This document shows positions 63,270 to 64,000 of a stretch of 64,000 nucleotides of DNA, piece by piece. The DNA comes from Ramazzottius varieornatus. Lineage: Eukaryota > Animalia > Tardigrada. The notes beneath the pieces are model-generated. The model did no database searches. It saw only the letters and a program-made list of their open reading frames with translations, and had not been told where the DNA came from. Location: NCBI GenBank assembly GCA_001949185.1, contig BDGG01000007.1, positions 2,252,730 through 2,316,729 on the forward strand, read 5' to 3'. How positions within the stretch are numbered: the first letter of the stretch is position 1; each line of letters opens with the position of its first letter. A program made the position numbers and the translations under genes.

Positions 63270-63756
63270 TGAATTGTGTTATTGAAGATTGTAAAGTTAA
63301 AGGAATGAGTATAAAGATAGAGAGAGGTGCACCTACACCCCCCCAATTTCTCAGGGATGGCTCGTAAAATAGCGCATGCAAATAAAAAATATCATTCGGG
63401 TTGAATATGAGAGGGTTTGCTGGAATAAAATTTTCCGCGTCTATGAGAGAAAAGGGAAAAATATAATTGGTTATTATAAACATAAAAATAATTGAAAGTA
63501 AAGAAGTTAAATCTTTTAAAGAAAAATAAGAGTGAAAAGTGAATTTATCTCTCCCCATGCGTAACCCTAAGGGATTACTTGATTTTTGTTCATGAAGAAA
63601 AGTTAAATGTGTAATCACCAATAGTCTGATAACGAAAGGTAAAAGATAATGAAGTGAAAAAAATCGAGTAAGAGTCGCGCCATTTACGGAGAAACCACCC
63701 CACACCCGCTCAACTAATGGCAGCCCTACATATGGAATTGCAGACAATAGGTTTGT
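63270..63756 (-). pseudogene. cob: NUMT: cytochrome b fragment
   Basis: TNLLSAIPYVG..WGGFSVNGATLTRFFSLHYLLPF..HLTFLH..SSNPLG..ENFIPANP, then after a frameshift HIQPE-TGA-YFLFA..ILR..KLGGV; AT-rich; invertebrate mitochondrial code. Confidence 0.92.
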
Positions 63757-64000
63757 ACTGTAGTGCTCGCAGTTTATCGCGCACTCAACCACGTGATTAG
63801 TCAGGTTTGCCCGGCAAGATCAGCTGTTGCCAGAAGGGCGTGAGTTGATTGACTTTAATGGGTCGTCAGTTATTTTGAAAAACGATCCGGTCCAAATTCC
63901 AGTTTCTTTCACTGGATCCGAAGGTAGAAAACATTGTCATGGCTAGGACCCGTATATTTATAGCGATGAGGATGCGGAGAAAGCTTTGAGAAACTATGAA

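Noticed and set aside
63088-63792. 234-aa ORF as a functional nuclear cytochrome b
   Set aside because: Partial, frameshifted before PEWY, relies on mitochondrial-code TGA, and has conserved residues mutated; it is a NUMT.

Overview
Gene-dense eukaryotic (animal, ecdysozoan) nuclear DNA with many short GT-AG introns. A gene matching the tardigrade AMNP family, plus arthropod-like chitin deacetylases and a CRF/DH44 precursor, points to a eutardigrade such as Ramazzottius (inference, no database search). About 16 spliced or single-exon genes were assembled by eye: two chitin deacetylases (one apparently catalytically dead), CUL4, SPO11, a DH44 precursor, an HSD17B12-like SDR, TAF11, YARS2, MRPL55, DPH2, KDM3, NADP-IDH, a peripherin-like tetraspanin, a secreted disordered knottin protein, an apparently secreted DPP3 and an AMNP-like protein. 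There is also one tRNA-Gly(GCC). Mobile DNA includes a 2.8-kb Sailor-type (DD85E) transposon with 233-bp TIRs and an intron, a decayed DIRS/Ngaro-type retroelement, two hAT MITEs with 8-bp TSDs, several foldback MITEs, a 35-bp minisatellite and a cytochrome b NUMT. The most striking unexplained structure is an ~87-bp palindromic module (CAAGTGGCGCAC-N25-GTGCGCCACTTG core) at about 21 loci, 18 of them intronic, often in short tandem arrays with a near-invariant 25-nt spacer. Coordinates were counted by hand and may be off by a few nt.
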